Below, in pieces: positions 29,146 to 39,117 of a stretch of 64,000 nucleotides of DNA. Source of the DNA: an uncultured Simkaniaceae bacterium (lineage in GTDB: Bacteria > Chlamydiota > Chlamydiia > Chlamydiales > Rhabdochlamydiaceae); the NCBI GenBank assembly GCA_963813105.1, contig CAWEXT010000003.1:31790-95789 (forward strand). The letters run 5' to 3'. The translations under genes and the position numbers were made by a program. A model generated the notes under the pieces. It was not told where the DNA came from. It searched no databases and saw only the letters and a list, made by a program, of their open reading frames with translations. Each line of letters opens with the position of its first letter. Within the stretch, counting starts at the first letter, position 1.

Positions 29146-30221
29146 TCTAAAATAAATCTTTGGCAATACTTCTGTATTGCGAAGTAGAGATACGTCAAAT
29201 TTTCCATGATCGTGATATGGCTTAAGGCAAACTCGCGGCAATTTTCTGCGATCTTCCTGGCTTCATCATCATGTTCTGAGGACCATAGGAGTTTTTCCAC
29301 TAAATCGCTGAGGTCCTGTCGAACGGGGATGTAATGCACATAGGGGATCAATGCCTGGGTATACCACTGGATCCAATCGGAATCAGGTTTACAAATCAGG
29401 GAATTGCCAAAGAACTTCCATCCTGAAGTCGAATAGGGGCAGGTATTTCCATCGATGAGAATGTGGTATTTATACTGCAGCTGCTCCTCATAGCTAAGCC
29501 GCTCTCCTTTAAATTGTTTCAAGTAGGGGATCTTCTCTCCCCCTTGAGCGAAAATCGTAAATTTTGCATCGACCCATTCTGGAGAAGTTTGACTCAGTTC
29601 GCATAATTTGATGCGTGAAAAAAGATGAAGGTTATTTTCGGTTATCTTTGTCCATAGCTGGGCGGTCGATCCTCGCCAAATCAGCTTTTCCCTCTTCGTT
29701 TCCCAGGGGAAAACGTTCTTGGTGATATCGCCTTCTTTTAGAACTTGGTAGCGAGATCCTAGCGCTTCATAATCAGGAAGTAGGATGATCTGATTCGAAT
29801 CTTTTTTACACATGGCAAAGATCGGCATTCCTTCCTTTACGTTGAGCCCATCGTTCACAGACAGAAGAAAGGTCGTATTGGGAAGGCCCGCTGCTTGACA
29901 CAGCAACTGAAGAGCCTGGCGATAGCGTTCATAACGCGCTCCATCGTTCGCTGGGTGGACGAATTTTTTGTCTATGTCGACATGGTTGTTTTCAAGAGTA
30001 ATTTTGACGAGTTGTAAGTAATCTCCCCGTCTTTCATAGAACTCTTCAAGTTCCTCAAGCGAAAAAGAGCGGTTTTTGAAATAGGCAAAATCTATATCGA
30101 GCTGCTGCTGCATCCAGGGAGCTATTCCTTCATCGATTTTTCTTTTGATGGCATTTTCGGTTGGCAAATAGGCGTAGGCGGAGGCGATCTCTAAGAAGAA
30201 AAGAAAAACCTTCTTAAACAT
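29142..30221 (-). CDS. Secreted glycosyltransferase family 90 (CAP10 / protein O-glucosyltransferase-like) protein
   Basis: N-terminal signal-like leader. The LIWRGS...DAKFT...YKYHILIDGNTCPYSTSGWKFFGNSLI...LIPYVHYIPVRQDLSDL..HDDEARKIAENCREFA pattern matches the layout of the eukaryotic POGLUT/KDELC/CAP10 domain as recalled. Confidence 0.65.
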   Translation of the reverse strand: MFKKVFLFFLEIASAYAYLPTENAIKRKIDEGIAPWMQQQLDIDFAYFKNRSFSLEELEEFYERRGDYLQLVKITLENNHVDIDKKFVHPANDGARYERYRQALQLLCQAAGLPNTTFLLSVNDGLNVKEGMPIFAMCKKDSNQIILLPDYEALGSRYQVLKEGDITKNVFPWETKREKLIWRGSTAQLWTKITENNLHLFSRIKLCELSQTSPEWVDAKFTIFAQGGEKIPYLKQFKGERLSYEEQLQYKYHILIDGNTCPYSTSGWKFFGNSLICKPDSDWIQWYTQALIPYVHYIPVRQDLSDLVEKLLWSSEHDDEARKIAENCREFALSHITIMENLTYLYFAIQKYCQRFILD

Positions 30222-30662
30222 GAAGAGCCCTCATACTGTAAAAAAACACGACATCATATAGAATCTTTGCTCCGAAAGTATCTGAAAAAAAAGCTGTCCC
30301 ATGCTGACTCGTGAACTCTGCGCCATGATCCTGATCCTCGGCATTCTCTTTGCCGTAATCTTCGCTTCTCACAAGAGGGCCGGCCGAGTGGAAACGCTTG
30401 TGCGCCAGTCGCAACAGATCCAGCAAAAATAATTTAAGCTTTGTCAAAAATCACTCCTCTGCTAGATTGTCCGCTTTGATCTTGTTTGAGATCATGAACT
30501 TGGAGAAGGCAGCATTGCTGCTTTCGCCGGATAAGAAGAGCAGAGCCGTTCGACGCTTCTTGCAGACCTTATCTTAAATCGCTTAAAGCTTCTTTGTTCA
30601 CCCTAAAGGGAAAGACAAGAAAGTACTCATGCGGTAGCGAACATTCGATCGATAGGTACATT

Positions 30663-31334
30663 ATGACTTTGAAACTCATGGGCATCAAAAAAGGGATGGC
30701 GCGCATCTACGACAAAGAGGGAAATCTCGTCGTATGCACCGTTATTGCCGCAGAGCCCAATATCGTGTCACAGATCAAGCGCGTTGAAAAAGACGGATAC
30801 AATGCGATTCAGCTTTCCGCGATCAAAGTTACGGCTCCCAAAGTGCAAGGGGTGACAAAGCCTCTGCGCGGCCACTTCAAAAAAGCCGGCATTGAGCCAA
30901 GAAAACATCTCGCCGAATCGCGCATCCAAAACCCTGAAGAATATCAGATCGGCCAAGAGATCGGCGTCGGATACTTCGATGGCTGCGAGTTCGTCGATGT
31001 CGTCGGCGATTCAAAGGGCAAGGGCTACCAGGGCGTAATCAAGAGACACCATTTTGCCGGCGGACCTGCAGCGCATGGTTCTGGCTTCCATAGACACGGC
31101 GGATCCTGCGGTATGAGAACGTCTCCAGGACGTTGCTTGCCGGGACAAAAGAAAGCAGGCCGTATGGGCCATGAGCGTGTCACGCAGCAAAATCTCAAAG
31201 TCGTCATGGTCGATGCAGAAAAGAATGTTCTCGTCGTTCAGGGTGCGATTCCGGGTGCTAGAGGCGGTCTCGTGTACATCACGAAAGCCATTAAGAAGCC
31301 TGCGAAAGACATGAAACAACAGAAGAAGAGATAG
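30663..31334 (+). CDS. rplC: 50S ribosomal protein L3
   Basis: MTLKLMGIKKGMARIYD... and FKKAG..HGSG... A longer TTG-initiated ORF from 30594 is unlikely. Confidence 0.92.
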   Translation: MTLKLMGIKKGMARIYDKEGNLVVCTVIAAEPNIVSQIKRVEKDGYNAIQLSAIKVTAPKVQGVTKPLRGHFKKAGIEPRKHLAESRIQNPEEYQIGQEIGVGYFDGCEFVDVVGDSKGKGYQGVIKRHHFAGGPAAHGSGFHRHGGSCGMRTSPGRCLPGQKKAGRMGHERVTQQNLKVVMVDAEKNVLVVQGAIPGARGGLVYITKAIKKPAKDMKQQKKR

Positions 31335-31343
31335 AGGTACACC

Positions 31344-31988
31344 GTGGCTTCGATTAAAAAATACAACTTAGCTGGCAAACTTCTCGAAGAAGTTGCTATT
31401 GACGGCGAGCTTCTTTCTCAAGAGATCTGCTCCCAGCTCATTAAAGATTATCTAGTCGCTTTGCGCGCCAATGCAAGACAGTGGTCTGCAAGCACCAAAA
31501 AGCGTTCTGAAGTTTCGCACTCCGGACAAAAACCTCACCCGCAAAAAGGCACCGGAAAAGCTCGTCAGGGCTATCTCGGAGCTCCTCAATATAAGGGTGG
31601 CGGAAGGGTTTTCTCTCCAAGACCGAAATTCGATCAATTCGTCCACGTCAACAGAAAAGAACGACGAGCAGCGATTGGTTATCTACTCTCAGAAAAAATC
31701 CGAGAATCCCGCCTCCATCTTCTCGAATTCAAAGACATGAAAGAACCCAAAACGAAACATGTTGCGGATTTCCTGAGCAAACTAGCGCTTGAAGGTAAAA
31801 GAGTGCTCTTCCTAGCTCCTGTAAAAAGCGAGCATGGAAATTTCCAAAAAAGTCTGCGCAATATCCCTAAAATGGCCTTTCGATTGGCACAGAACGTCAA
31901 TGGTTATGACCTGACGGTTAGCCACGATATCGTCGTCATGGCGGGCGCGCTCGACGAACTCAAATCGCTTTTGAAGAGCGAGGTATAA
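31344..31988 (+). CDS. rplD: 50S ribosomal protein L4
   Basis: 214 aa, GTGKARQG motif, position after rplC. GTG start. Confidence 0.9.
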   Translation: MASIKKYNLAGKLLEEVAIDGELLSQEICSQLIKDYLVALRANARQWSASTKKRSEVSHSGQKPHPQKGTGKARQGYLGAPQYKGGGRVFSPRPKFDQFVHVNRKERRAAIGYLLSEKIRESRLHLLEFKDMKEPKTKHVADFLSKLALEGKRVLFLAPVKSEHGNFQKSLRNIPKMAFRLAQNVNGYDLTVSHDIVVMAGALDELKSLLKSEV

Positions 31989-31989
31989 C

Positions 31990-32328
31990 ATGTTGAAAAA
32001 AACACCTTACGACATCATCAAAAATCGCCACGTGACGGAAAAAGCGCGTGTTCTCGAGCAGCTGCAATACAATAGCAGCAATCCAAGCGTAAAGAAATGC
32101 GACGCTCCTAAAGCTGTCTTCATCGTAAACGGCAAGAGCAACAAATTTGAAATCGCGAGAGCCGTCGAAGAAATTTACAGCGACAAGAAAGTGCAAGTCG
32201 TAAAAGTCAACATTGTCAATATGAAACCAAGATCGCGAATCTACCGAGGAAGATTGTCCATGGTGAAAGGATACAAAAAAGCCATTGTGACATTCCGGCC
32301 CGGCGATAGCATCGATGAAAAAGTTTAA
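31990..32328 (+). CDS. rplW: 50S ribosomal protein L23
   Basis: 112 aa, PYDIIKNRHVTEKA N-terminus, operon position. Confidence 0.9.
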   Translation: MLKKTPYDIIKNRHVTEKARVLEQLQYNSSNPSVKKCDAPKAVFIVNGKSNKFEIARAVEEIYSDKKVQVVKVNIVNMKPRSRIYRGRLSMVKGYKKAIVTFRPGDSIDEKV

Positions 32329-32346
32329 TCGGGAGCTCTTACTAGT

Positions 32347-33185
32347 ATGACGAAAAAATTTCGACCAGTCACACCAGGACAGCGTGAGCTAATTCTCAAT
32401 AGCAACGAAGAGCTGACACGTGTAAAAGGGCGTGCTACGGTAGCCCCGCTTAAGTCTCTTATGCAGCATAAGCGAAGAACCAACGGCCGCAACCACCATG
32501 GGCATATTACTTGCCGCCATCGCGGCGGAGGCGTGAAGAGCTTTTACCGTCTTGTCGATTTCAAACGCGACAAAGAGAAAATCGCTGCAAAAGTAGCTTC
32601 CATTGAATACGATCCTAATAGAACAGCGCACATTGCTCTTCTTCACTATGCAGATGGGGAAAAGCGATATATCATCGCTCCTCAAGGGCTCAAAGTAGGC
32701 GATACCATCTCATCCGGCCCTGAAGCGCGAGTTCAATGTCGGATGCTGCATGCGGCTGAAGAACATGCCGCTGGGTTCCGTGATTCACAACATTGAAATG
32801 TATCCAGGACGCGGTGCTAAGCTCGTCCGCTCTGCAGGGCTTTCTGCCAGCTGATGGCGAGAAGCGGTGGCTATGTGACGCTCAAAATGCCATCAGGCGA
32901 AGTGCGCATGGTCAATGAAAATTGCAGAGCGACATTTGGCGCAATCTCCAATGCGGAGCGCAACTTGCGCGTAGAAGGAAAAGCTGGACGTATGCGTTGG
33001 AAAGGGATTCGTCCGACAGTTCGCGGTACGGCGATGAACCCTGTCGACCACCCGCACGGTGGCGGTGAAGGGAAGCACAATGGATACCTACCCCAGACAC
33101 CATGGGCGATGTACACCAAAGGATTTCAGAACTCGATCTAAGCGCAAATCTAACGAAAATGATCGTAAAAGATCGCAGAAAATAG
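32347..33185 (+). pseudogene. rplB: 50S ribosomal protein L2, frameshifted as assembled (at least 3 shifts)
   Basis: L2 peptides occur in three frames: [14 protein letters not shown]; [26 protein letters not shown]; [24 protein letters not shown]; tail KMIVKDRRK. Confidence 0.88.
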
Positions 33186-33199
33186 AGTAGGGAAAGATT

Positions 33200-33553
33200 A
33201 TGGGAAGATCCTGAAGAAAAGGACCTTTTGTCGACCACCATCTGATGGACAAAGTGATCAAAATGAATAAAGGCGGACAAAAAAGATCCGATGAAAACGT
33301 GGTCGCGCCGTTCGATGATCGTGCCCGATATGGTCGGTCATACGTTTGAAGTTCACAACGGAAGAAAATTCATCACCGTGTTTGTTTCTGAAAACATGGT
33401 CGGACATCGCTTAGGAGAGTTTTCTCCGACGCGCATCTTCAAAGGACACGGTTCTAAGAAGATCGCTGAAGCGGCTGCATCTGCGGAAGCGGCAAAACAA
33501 GCTCCTGCAGCGGAGCAGCACCGGCAGCAGCGCCAGCACCAGCAAAGGAATAA
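33200..33553 (+). pseudogene. rpsS: 30S ribosomal protein S19, frameshifted as assembled, with an apparent Ala/Pro-rich C-terminal extension
   Basis: MGRSLKKGPFVDHHLM (contains a stop in the given frame), then [37 protein letters not shown]. The tail is [16 protein letters not shown].. ending APAPAKE-stop in a shifted frame. Confidence 0.8.
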
Positions 33554-33557
33554 TGAT

Positions 33558-33908
33558 ATGCAAAAGGCAAGAGCTAAAACAAAATATGTACGAATCCGCC
33601 GCGCAAAGCGCGTCTTGCTGCTGATCTGATCCGCGGCTTAAAAGTGTGAAGAAGCGACAGTGCAGCTGCAACTATTGCAAGCTAAAAGCGGGAAGACTCT
33701 TGCAAAAGACGCTCGACAGCGCTGTGGCCAATGCAGAGATGCAGCTCAATGTGCAAAGACGCGATCTTAAAATTAAAGAAGTGCGAGTCGATGCAGGTCC
33801 AGTCATGAAACGAGCAAAATCGAAAAACAAAGGCGGCCGCGTGCCAGTTATGAAACGCACAAGCCATTTTACAGTCGTTGTCGGCAGCAGAATAAAAGGA
33901 GAGAATAA
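33558..33908 (+). pseudogene. rplV: 50S ribosomal protein L22, frameshifted as assembled (3' end approximate)
   Basis: [13 protein letters not shown]..., then LLQKTLDSAVANAE...VRVDAGPVMKRAKSKNKGGRVPVMKRTSHFTVVVG in another frame. Confidence 0.8.
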
Positions 33909-33909
33909 C

Positions 33910-34559
33910 ATGGGACAAAAAACATCTCCAACTGGTTTCAGATTAGTCCGTAATAAGAAGCTGGAGATCTGTGTGGTATGCCAATAAGCAAGAATTCGGC
34001 AATCTCCTCGGTGAAGATCAATGATCCGCAAATTTCTGATGACAAAGCCTGCTGCCAAGGCACTTCCCAGCTCACGATCAAGCGAATGAGCGGCAAAATT
34101 GAAGTGACAATTCACACCGCGAGACCTGGCCTTGTCATCGGGAAAAAAGGCGCTGAGATCGATATCCTGAAAAGCGAGCTTGAGAAACTGACAGGAAAAG
34201 AAATCTGGATCGAAGTCGAAGAGATCAAACGACCCGACCTCGATGCAAAACTCGTTGCTGATGGAATCGCAAAGCAACTCGAGCGACGGTCCCTTTCAGA
34301 CGAATTATGAAAAAAGCGATGCAGGCGTCGATGGATGCAGGCGCTGCTGGCATTAAAGTCCAAATTTCAGGACGTATCGGCGGAGCTGAAATCGCTCGAA
34401 CAGAATGGTACAAAGAAGGACGAATTCCTCTGCAAACTATTCGAGCCGATATCGATTATGCCCAGGGACGAGCTGAGACGACTTATGGATCGATCGGTGT
34501 CAAAGTGTGGATCAATAAAGGCGAAGACCAACTCTACCAAAGTCGCAGTAGGAGGCTGA
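33910..34559 (+). pseudogene. rpsC: 30S ribosomal protein S3, frameshifted as assembled
   Basis: MGQKTSPTGFRL; [22 protein letters not shown]; [37 protein letters not shown], spread over three frames. Confidence 0.88.
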
Positions 34560-34562
34560 TCT

Positions 34563-34981
34563 ATGGCCTTGATGCCAGTACGAACCAAATATAGAAAAAT
34601 GCAAAAAGGCCAGCATGCTGGCCTAAGCAAAGCAGCCAATTTCGTCGATTTCGGCGAATTTGGAATGCAAGTTCTCGAACGAGGACGCATCACTAACCAT
34701 CAAATCGAAGCATGCCGCGTGGCGATCAACCGCTATTTCAACCGAAGAGGCAAGGTATGGATCCGCATTTTCCCCGACAAGTCGGTGTCGAAGAAACCAG
34801 CTGAAACGCGGATGGGTAAAGGAAAAGGAGCGCCGGATCATTGGGTTGCGGTGGTTCGTCCAGGACGAGTCATGTTTGAAGTGGGCGGCGTTCCGAAAGA
34901 GATCGCGCAAAATGCTTGAGAAGAGCAGCTGCAAAGCTGGGTCTTAAGACCCGATTTGTCGAACGCGTAGAAAGAGTATAG
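34563..34981 (+). pseudogene. rplP: 50S ribosomal protein L16, one frameshift near the 3' end
   Basis: [13 protein letters not shown]...[25 protein letters not shown]. The tail [18 protein letters not shown] is in a shifted frame. Confidence 0.88.
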
Positions 34982-34992
34982 GAGCGAAAGTT

Positions 34993-35219
34993 ATGAAAAA
35001 AGCAGCCGATTTCAAGATCAAACCGCAGAAGAGCTGAAAGCTCTCTACCACGAGACTTTCGAAAGAGATATTCGCCATGCGCAATGAACAAGCTATTTCG
35101 AGAAAATCGAAAAACCGCATCTGCTCAAAGAAAAAAAGAAAGATCGCGCTCGCGCTCTTACCTTCTTGAGACAGAAAGGCGGAAGTCTCATCTTCATGAT
35201 GAGGAAATATGGAAGATAA
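34993..35219 (+). pseudogene. rpmC: 50S ribosomal protein L29, at least 3 frameshifts (3' end uncertain)
   Basis: MKKAADFK / DQTAEELKALYHE / KEIFAMRNEQAIS / IEKPHLLKEKKKDRARALT lie in different frames. One shift coincides with an A-run at ~35103. Confidence 0.7.
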
Positions 35220-35468
35220 CAAAAGAAACGCCAGAAAAGTTCGAGAAGGCGTCGTCGTTTCGAACAAAATGCAGAAGACGGTAACCGTCCAAGTAGAAAG
35301 GACATTCCGACACCGACATTTGAAAAAATCGTCAGACGAGCAAAAAAATATTATGCTCACGTCGAAGATGCGCAAAAAATCGCCGTAGGCCAAAAGGTCG
35401 TCATCGAAGAAACACGTCCACTTTCCAAGCTGAAACGCTGGCGAGTTGTGGAAGTCTGTAGAGAATGA
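35209..35468 (+). pseudogene. rpsQ: 30S ribosomal protein S17, frameshifted as assembled
   Basis: [20 protein letters not shown], then [36 protein letters not shown] in another frame. The span length is not a multiple of 3. Confidence 0.8.
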
Positions 35469-35484
35469 AGCTGAATGAGACGTC

Positions 35485-35851
35485 ATGATTCAACAGGAAA
35501 CAGAATCTCGAAGTAGCTGACAACACCGGCGCCAAGAGGGTGCGTTGTTTTAAAGTCCTGAAAGGATCGAAGCGGCGATATGCCGAATTGGCGATATCAT
35601 CATTTGCTCCGTCAAAGAAGCAGATCCAAAGGGAGCGTAAAAAAAGGCGAAGTTGTTAGAGCTGTGATCGTACGAACGAAGAGCTATATCCGACGAGCAG
35701 ATGGTTCTTTCTTCCGCTTTTACGATAACAGTTGTGTGATCATCGATGATAAAGACAATCCCCGGGAACCCGTATATTTGGGCCTGTCGCACGAGAAGTG
35801 CGCGAAAGCGGATTTGTCAAGATTAGTTCCCTTGCACCAGAAGTGATATAG
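35485..35851 (+). pseudogene. rplN: 50S ribosomal protein L14, frameshifted as assembled
   Basis: MIQQET / VADNTGAKR / [28 protein letters not shown] / [14 protein letters not shown]... across frames. Confidence 0.85.
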
Positions 35852-35866
35852 AGATTGGGAGCTAGC

Positions 35867-36206
35867 ATGAGCAAATGGATAAAAAAAGGTGATAAAGTCG
35901 TGGTCATCGCAGGAAACGAAAAAGGAAAGTCGGGGACGTAGTCGCACGACATGAAGACAAGATCGTCGTCAAAGGCGTGAATATTCGAAAAAAACACGTA
36001 AAGAGCAAGGATCGCGCTGCAACTTCGCGCGATCGAAGAGATGGAAATGCCTGTACACATTTCAAATGTCGCTCTTTGCGATGCCGATGGAAAGAGAATC
36101 CACGTGAAGGTCCGCGAAACGTCGAAAGGCGGAAAAGAATTTTTCTACGTCGAAGATGGCAAAGAAGACGGTCTACCGTGAGCTGAAAAAAACACTCAAA
36201 GAGTAG
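35867..36206 (+). pseudogene. rplX: 50S ribosomal protein L24, frameshifted as assembled (3' end approximate)
   Basis: MSKWIKKGDKVVVIAGNEKGK, then KGVNIRKKHVK and MPVHISNVALCDADGKR in shifted frames. Confidence 0.8.
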
Positions 36207-36213
36207 ATGAGCA

Positions 36214-36779
36214 ATGTCTAGGTTACAGAAAAGATATAAAGAAGAAGTGAAACGCAGCTTCAGGAGAAGTTCAAGTATTAAGAACGTGATGCTAAGTTCC
36301 TGTCCTGAAGAAAATTGTCATCAGCATGGGAATCGCGGAAGCGACGAAAGATAAAAACGCTATCCAAGATTGCCTGAAAGAAATGACGATGCTTTCCGGC
36401 CAAAAACCGATTTTGACAAAGTCCAAAAAAGCGATTGCGAACTTTAAGCTCCGAGAAGATCAACCGATCGGTGTGAAAGTGACGCTGCGCAAGAAAAGAA
36501 TGTACGATTTTCTTGATCGCTTTTGCAACATCGTGTCTCCGCGTATTCGCGACTTTCGTGGATTTCCCTTAAAGGCGATGGACAGGGAACTATTCTTTGG
36601 GTCTTGAAGACCAGCAGATTTATCCAGAGATCAATCTCGATGAAGTGAAAAGAACGCAAGGGATGAATATCACGTTTGTCACATCAGCGCAGAACGATGA
36701 AGAATGCATAGAATTGCTGAGATTGCTCGGCATGCCTTTCAAAGAAGAAGCAGGAGAGAAAACGAATGTCAATGCATGA
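36214..36779 (+). pseudogene. rplE: 50S ribosomal protein L5, frameshifted as assembled
   Basis: MSRLQKRYKEEV / [37 protein letters not shown] / [27 protein letters not shown] in different frames. Confidence 0.85.
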
Positions 36780-37158
36780 TCCCATCGCTGACCTTTTGAC
36801 AAGGATTCGTAATGCGAGGCAAGCTCGGCATCGCTATGTCGATTTCCACGTAAGCAAGATGCAAGTCAATGTCATCAGAGTTCTTCAAGAGCAAGGATTT
36901 GTAGAGCAATTTCTCGTCGACGATGAATCGGGAAAGGGAAGAATCATATTGAAATACGCCCAAGGAAGAGAGCCTGTTATTCAGGGTCTCAAGCGAATTT
37001 CTTCTCCTGGCCTTCGCCGGTATGTTTCCGCGAACAAAATTCCCAAGGTGCTTAGCGGTCTTGGCATCGCCATCGTATCGACTTCGAAAGGCATTATGGA
37101 CGGAGAATCGGCACGCAAGCAAAAGCTAGGCGGCGAACTCTTGTGTTTGGTTTGGTAA
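36766..37158 (+). CDS. rpsH: 30S ribosomal protein S8
   Basis: Intact 130-aa ORF with [13 protein letters not shown] and STSKGIM. Confidence 0.92.
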   Translation: MSMHDPIADLLTRIRNARQARHRYVDFHVSKMQVNVIRVLQEQGFVEQFLVDDESGKGRIILKYAQGREPVIQGLKRISSPGLRRYVSANKIPKVLSGLGIAIVSTSKGIMDGESARKQKLGGELLCLVW

Positions 37159-37174
37159 TTTAAGGAACTCATAT

Positions 37175-37723
37175 ATGTCACGACTTGGTAAAAGCCCCAT
37201 CGAGCTTCCGAAAAACGTCGAAGTGAAGATCCAAGATGGAAAAGTACACGTAAAAGGCCCAAAAGGGACACTAGATTTCCCTAGCACAGAGGGACTAAAA
37301 TTCCGCGTAGACGGACAAACGCTTTTTATCGAATTCGATGAAGGCGTCAAAATGTCTAACGTACAACATGGTCTCTACCGCGCAACGATCAATAATATGG
37401 TCATCGGCGTGAGCAAAGGATTTGAAAAAAGACTCGGACTCGTCGGTGTAGGTTACAGGGCGGCTATTCAAGGCCACCTCCTCGATCTGCAACTTGGGTT
37501 TTCCCATCCGACGCAAGTGCCGATCCCGAAAAATGTAAAAGTCGAAGTGGATAAAAGCGTGACGATCATCGTCACAGGAATGGACAAACAGGCCGTAGGG
37601 CAATTTGCCGCAACGGTCCGTGGGAAACGTCCTCCTGAGCCCTATAAAGGCAAAGGGATCCGCTACGAAAATGAATATGTACGTAAGAAAGCCGGAAAAG
37701 CCGCTAAAGGCAAAGCCGCATAA
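37175..37723 (+). CDS. rplF: 50S ribosomal protein L6
   Basis: Intact 182-aa ORF with MSRLGKSPIELP and GVGYRA. Confidence 0.92.
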   Translation: MSRLGKSPIELPKNVEVKIQDGKVHVKGPKGTLDFPSTEGLKFRVDGQTLFIEFDEGVKMSNVQHGLYRATINNMVIGVSKGFEKRLGLVGVGYRAAIQGHLLDLQLGFSHPTQVPIPKNVKVEVDKSVTIIVTGMDKQAVGQFAATVRGKRPPEPYKGKGIRYENEYVRKKAGKAAKGKAA

Positions 37724-37741
37724 CGCTTAAGGAAGACTACT

Positions 37742-38107
37742 ATGGAAAAAGCTCTTATCAAGAGAAACGGACGTCGCCAAAGACGCATATTCCGGGTAAG
37801 AAAACATGTTCGCGGATCGGCCGAAAAACCACGTCTTTGCGTATACAAGACAAACCAGCACATATCCGCGCAGATCATCGATGATGATAACCAAATCACC
37901 ATCGTTAGCGCCGGAACGCAGCATAAAGACTTCGGCAAAAAAGGCGGCAAGAGCAAAGAAACTGCGCGCCAAGTTGGAGCGCTTCTCGCTAAAAAAGCTA
38001 AAGATAAATCGATCTCGGTCGTCGTTTTTGATCGAGGAAGATACAAATTTCATGGAATCATCGCCGAACTTGCCACTGGTGCACGCGAAGCGGGATTGCA
38101 GTTTTAA
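37742..38107 (+). CDS. rplR: 50S ribosomal protein L18
   Basis: Intact 121-aa ORF with PRLCVYKTNQHISAQIID and FDRGRYKFHG. Confidence 0.92.
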   Translation: MEKALIKRNGRRQRRIFRVRKHVRGSAEKPRLCVYKTNQHISAQIIDDDNQITIVSAGTQHKDFGKKGGKSKETARQVGALLAKKAKDKSISVVVFDRGRYKFHGIIAELATGAREAGLQF

Positions 38108-38132
38108 GGACAACGGGGATTAGAGGGTCATA

Positions 38133-38639
38133 ATGGCACATCAACAGCAGAATAGGCGCCAAGAAAAAGAAAACGCTAACTCTGAATACGAAGAAAAAGT
38201 ATTGTACATCAACCGCTGCGCTAAGGTCGTTAAAGGCGGAAGAAAATTCAGTTTTTCCGCTCTGATTCTCGTCGGCGACGGCAAGGGCAAAGTCGGATTT
38301 GGATTTGCAAAAGCTAACGAAGTCTCCGACGCAATCCGAAAAGGCGGCGAGGCGGCTCGTAAAAATGTCCGTAGTTTCGAAATGGAAGGAACGACGATCC
38401 CTCATGAAGTGACTGTGGAATGGGATGGGGCGAAAGTGATGTTGAAGCCTGCTCCGGAAGGTACAGGTGTGATCGCCGGCTCTAAAGTACGAGCGGTCCT
38501 CGAACTTGGCGGCGTCAAAGACGTCGTTGCTAAAAGCCTCGGGTCGAGCAATCCATTGAACCAAGTCCGCGCGACAATCCGCGCACTCGGCTTGCTGCGT
38601 AATCGCAAAAAAGCTCTGGAAATACGAGGAATGGCATGA
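38133..38639 (+). CDS. rpsE: 30S ribosomal protein S5
   Basis: Intact 168-aa ORF with INRCAKVVKGGRKFSF and GDGKGKVGFGFAKA. Confidence 0.92.
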   Translation: MAHQQQNRRQEKENANSEYEEKVLYINRCAKVVKGGRKFSFSALILVGDGKGKVGFGFAKANEVSDAIRKGGEAARKNVRSFEMEGTTIPHEVTVEWDGAKVMLKPAPEGTGVIAGSKVRAVLELGGVKDVVAKSLGSSNPLNQVRATIRALGLLRNRKKALEIRGMA

Positions 38640-39088
38640 TTACACTATCGACACTCCAAAATACGACACGACCTAGAAAGAAGATCCAACGCATTGGTCG
38701 TGGCATTGGCTCAGGCCGCGGCAAAACATGCTGCCGAGGAGTAAAAGGTGACAAAGCCAGATCGGGCTCTAAACGCCGCTTTGGACATGAAGGCGGACAA
38801 ATGCCGCTTTACAAAAAGCTGCCGATTCGCGGATTTTCTAATGCGCGATTCAAGACACAAGTCTTCGCTATCAATCTTGGGATGATCGAAAAATTCTATA
38901 AAGATGGCGAGATCGTCAATCTAGAGACTTTGAAAGCGAAACGACTCTTAAACCGCAAATCTTCTAAAGCGTTCAAAATTCTCGCTGGCGGAAAGCTGAC
39001 GAAAAAAGTAAAATTTGATGTTGCTACGCTCTCTGATAAAGCGCGTAAAGAACTCGAAAAACGTTCCTTGCTCGTAAACAAGCAGTAA
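38636..39088 (+). CDS. rplO: 50S ribosomal protein L15
   Basis: Intact 150-aa ORF with RIGRGIGSGRGKT and GHEGGQMPLY. Confidence 0.92.
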   Translation: MITLSTLQNTTRPRKKIQRIGRGIGSGRGKTCCRGVKGDKARSGSKRRFGHEGGQMPLYKKLPIRGFSNARFKTQVFAINLGMIEKFYKDGEIVNLETLKAKRLLNRKSSKAFKILAGGKLTKKVKFDVATLSDKARKELEKRSLLVNKQ

Positions 39089-39117
39089 CCTAAGAGACTT
39101 CAAGAAGTTTTACAGCC

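Noticed and set aside
30214-30447. 77-aa minus-strand ORF upstream of the GT90 gene.
   Set aside because: It has no motif and an odd composition. It overlaps the GT90 start and lies in the leader region of the ribosomal operon. It is probably a chance ORF and is not reported as a feature.
33672-35486. Long minus-strand ORFs inside the ribosomal operon (33672-34277, 34367-34693, 34944-35486). Similar antisense ORFs occur at 38058-38564, 40514-41055 and 43317-43913.
   Set aside because: They lie antisense to unmistakable ribosomal, rpsM or gapA coding sequence and have no recognisable motifs. They appear in the track only because the true + strand genes are chopped by frameshifts.
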